From Pelagomonas calceolata (Eukaryota), in contig CAKKNE010000003.1 in the NCBI GenBank assembly GCA_918797485.1, positions 1,550,001-1,614,000 of the forward strand: a stretch of 64,000 nt of DNA, given 5' to 3'. Made by a program: the position numbers and the translations under genes. Numbering within the stretch: position 1 is the first letter of the stretch; every line of letters begins with the position of its first letter. The notes under the pieces are model-generated. The model ran no database searches and was not told the origin of the DNA. It was given only the letters and a program-made list of their open reading frames with translations. Of the stretch, positions 62,801 to 64,000 are shown one piece after another.

Positions 62801-63185
62801 GATCTATATGAGGACAGAAGTCCCGGCTCTTCATGAACGTTACTATTTGTTCGCATCCCCAGTCCTCGGCGTCGTCCGGTAAATCAATATCGTCGTCGTT
62901 CTCCTCCGTGACTAGTGACAGGATGCAGGGCGCGCAGCCACTGCTTGACAGGTCGGCCTCGCACTGGCCGAACGCCGTCAGGCACGCCGCGTCGTAGTCG
63001 ACGGTCTGGTCGAGGCGGCGCGTCGCCGCCTCGCGCGCGCCGAGGAGCCAGTTCGGCGCCGTGGCCGTCGCGGCGGTCGTCTCGGGCGCGCCGCGCGGCT
63101 TGGCTGCGGCTAGCGCAGACTCGGCTTTGGCCAGCCAATCGGCCCCGACGAGCGCCGGAAGCGCCAGTAGCGCTACGCGCCACAT
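59859..63185 (-). CDS. Type I membrane protein, 1108 aa, with an LNR/Notch-like module and repeated L.D..GDGW domains
   Basis: Signal peptide; WVGDGRCD..CYNTAACNWDGGDCC; repeats ELFDAGFNGW, ELYDDEGDGWSG, LTDSWGDGWNG; TM ALIVVACLASAAVGLALLYVFW. Confidence 0.8.
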   Translation of the reverse strand: MWRVALLALPALVGADWLAKAESALAAAKPRGAPETTAATATAPNWLLGAREAATRRLDQTVDYDAACLTAFGQCEADLSSSGCAPCILSLVTEENDDDIDLPDDAEDWGCEQIVTFMKSRDFCPHIDPASHSATLLCSVWASCAQAVDTDGTPAPAAVPKECSSTSCDVPHPAWVGDGRCDRDGCYNTAACNWDGGDCCKATCEGECNSPYNCRDPQAQGCGVRQKGSISVANPHDTTWDYALYSVIAGSYSEVTTGTVAPGAAMNEDPVDVCLADGCYVFEAHSDAKFEGQGSWVVEAADSAGRLQQVSSGISPAVCSFSIGESAYCPNQCAARDTGCHDHAYVMELFDAGFNGWGFVDYSVHKHDINGHRGEQIQTGTLSAGHFGVDDVCIRDPGCYSVTLAWGWWAEEVSWTLGAKGVGPVATGGAPAQCDFSVGGDYCPATCASTQITGCEDGKLPYELELYDDEGDGWSGAQYTISDKDDKEITSGTLLGGFQGEDDLCLAEGCYAFKFTPSGANAKPAWALGDPTEGGVIFSGAHEADCAFAVGGAQCPTGGLAKQQCGLEGKVTPPPTAKFTCPANQALLVLRLTDSWGDGWNGADISVVKDGNVLATDTLQDGAYKEYNHCLAPGCYSITTTSGEWREEVTWQAIEQMPDMSIRALNSGAAPETCGIELVGSGSSTNTCDAGCSTLQAAQDDWTDQGDDAFWNGGDDQTTYYYAYDELGDDKLPTRCTGNKQCSVNENFEGWQAASSVMTCLDQAVPMRAADDPFEPDLWQSRPALCLGTYDWKELDQFEECAQELAATESTLQQKDTKAKECMTILAAAVPDESEGKESEDELVKRLATLVYYDGDAGFCDCATDELSIPHCADFDDFRSVVREAHEACDALDQIDCAYLGAYADACRTAVVAQFGVLDFSREEQCAYVDREGCGGLPIPSVRRWDCLLDTNYELTDSQRSLVTDVISKCGGSGSDDVTPKSGGREPSTDDAQPVAPSSKHDDDDDSGTSSSAATALIVVACLASAAVGLALLYVFWTKRRGGFQNLRTAFAPLPGTPSAFDSPFGGTAWSQPETPGVSNAPPSFEDHVANPMRGGYEAPGIEDPEGV

Positions 63186-63433
63186 CGTGGCAAGCGACAG
63201 CGAGCTCCTATACTCTGTGGACGACGAGCGTGGCCAGCTGCCTCGCAGGCCGAAGGCAGAGCCTGTGACCTAGCTGGCTAGTGTCTTTACAGCAGCTAGC
63301 TCGATTATTTTTGAGTTGGACTCGACGCGACGAATTGCGCGCTTCCCTGCGGCCGCGGGGGCGAGGTCTTGATATAGTCTGAATACTGAGTCCCCGGCGG
63401 CGTCGCTCGCGCTGGGGTTTGGAGATTTATCAA

Positions 63434-64000
63434 ATGGCTGAAATAATTGACAATGCTCCTCCGGCCAAACGCGCGAAGCCGGCGCCGCTCGCGGACGAGA
63501 AGGCGCCGCGGCCGCGCAACGTTCTCCTCGCCGAGTTCGAGGGCCTCGCGAAAGCGGACGCCTCCCAGGCGCTCCGCGACGCCGGCGGCGACCTCGACAA
63601 GGCGCGCGCGATCCTGCGGAGCAAACGCGAGCCGCCGGCCAAACGCGCCAACGCTTCGGACGACGACGACGCGCGGCGCCGCCAGGAAGCGGCACCTGCG
63701 TCGCCGTCCGGCACCGCCTTGCTCGCACAGCTACGCCGCGAGCGAGAGGCGAGACGCGGCCCTCCGCCCGCTCCCGCGCCGGCGCCGCCGGCGCTTCCCC
63801 GACAAACTTCCATTCAAGCGTTCGAGCTCTCCGCGGCGGCGCAGAGCGCCCGCGATGTGCCGGGCCGCATCGATCGCGGCTTCACGAAGATCGTCGACGG
63901 CGTCCTGACGGCCGGCGACGCCGCGGAACTCATTCGGCTCGCCGCGCAAAAGGGTTACCAGGTCGCGACCATCAAGGGACAAAACCGGACGCAAGCCGCG
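63434..64000 (+). CDS. Partial gene (runs off the window): UBA/CUE-like segment, then the start of a 2OG-Fe(II) oxygenase-like domain
   Basis: Hand translation gives MAEIIDNAPPAKR..EFEGLAKADASQALRDAGGDLDKARAIL..IVDGVLTAGDAAELIRLAAQKGY with no stop; absent from the ORF track. Confidence 0.6.
   Translation, partial: MAEIIDNAPPAKRAKPAPLADEKAPRPRNVLLAEFEGLAKADASQALRDAGGDLDKARAILRSKREPPAKRANASDDDDARRRQEAAPASPSGTALLAQLRREREARRGPPPAPAPAPPALPRQTSIQAFELSAAAQSARDVPGRIDRGFTKIVDGVLTAGDAAELIRLAAQKGYQVATIKGQNRTQAA

Overview
This is eukaryotic nuclear DNA, GC/CpG-rich, very gene-dense and intron-poor. It holds about 37 protein-coding genes or gene fragments, often on alternating strands with very short convergent gaps. 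Eukaryotic ribosomal proteins (uL22/RPL17, P1, eS28), bipartite plastid-type leaders and TIR/TSD introner introns point to a pelagophyte stramenopile (Pelagomonas/Aureococcus-like); this assignment is an inference. No rRNA, tRNA or CRISPR was seen. Three main findings: (1) A small bZIP gene (22327-22837, minus strand) has twin hairpins with identical 7-nt CAG/CAGU loops and a basal exon-exon stem. This predicts IRE1-type non-spliceosomal removal of a 28-nt intron that joins the bZIP to an acidic C-terminus, making it a candidate HAC1/XBP1/bZIP60 analogue in a stramenopile. (2) An intronless 2031-aa membrane-bound Pls/PosA-like NRPS (A-T-terminal domain) has Gly in place of the conserved alpha-amino-binding Asp. 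(3) A family of DNA-transposon-derived introns appears in intact, inverted and decayed states, including an inverted pair flanking one exon.
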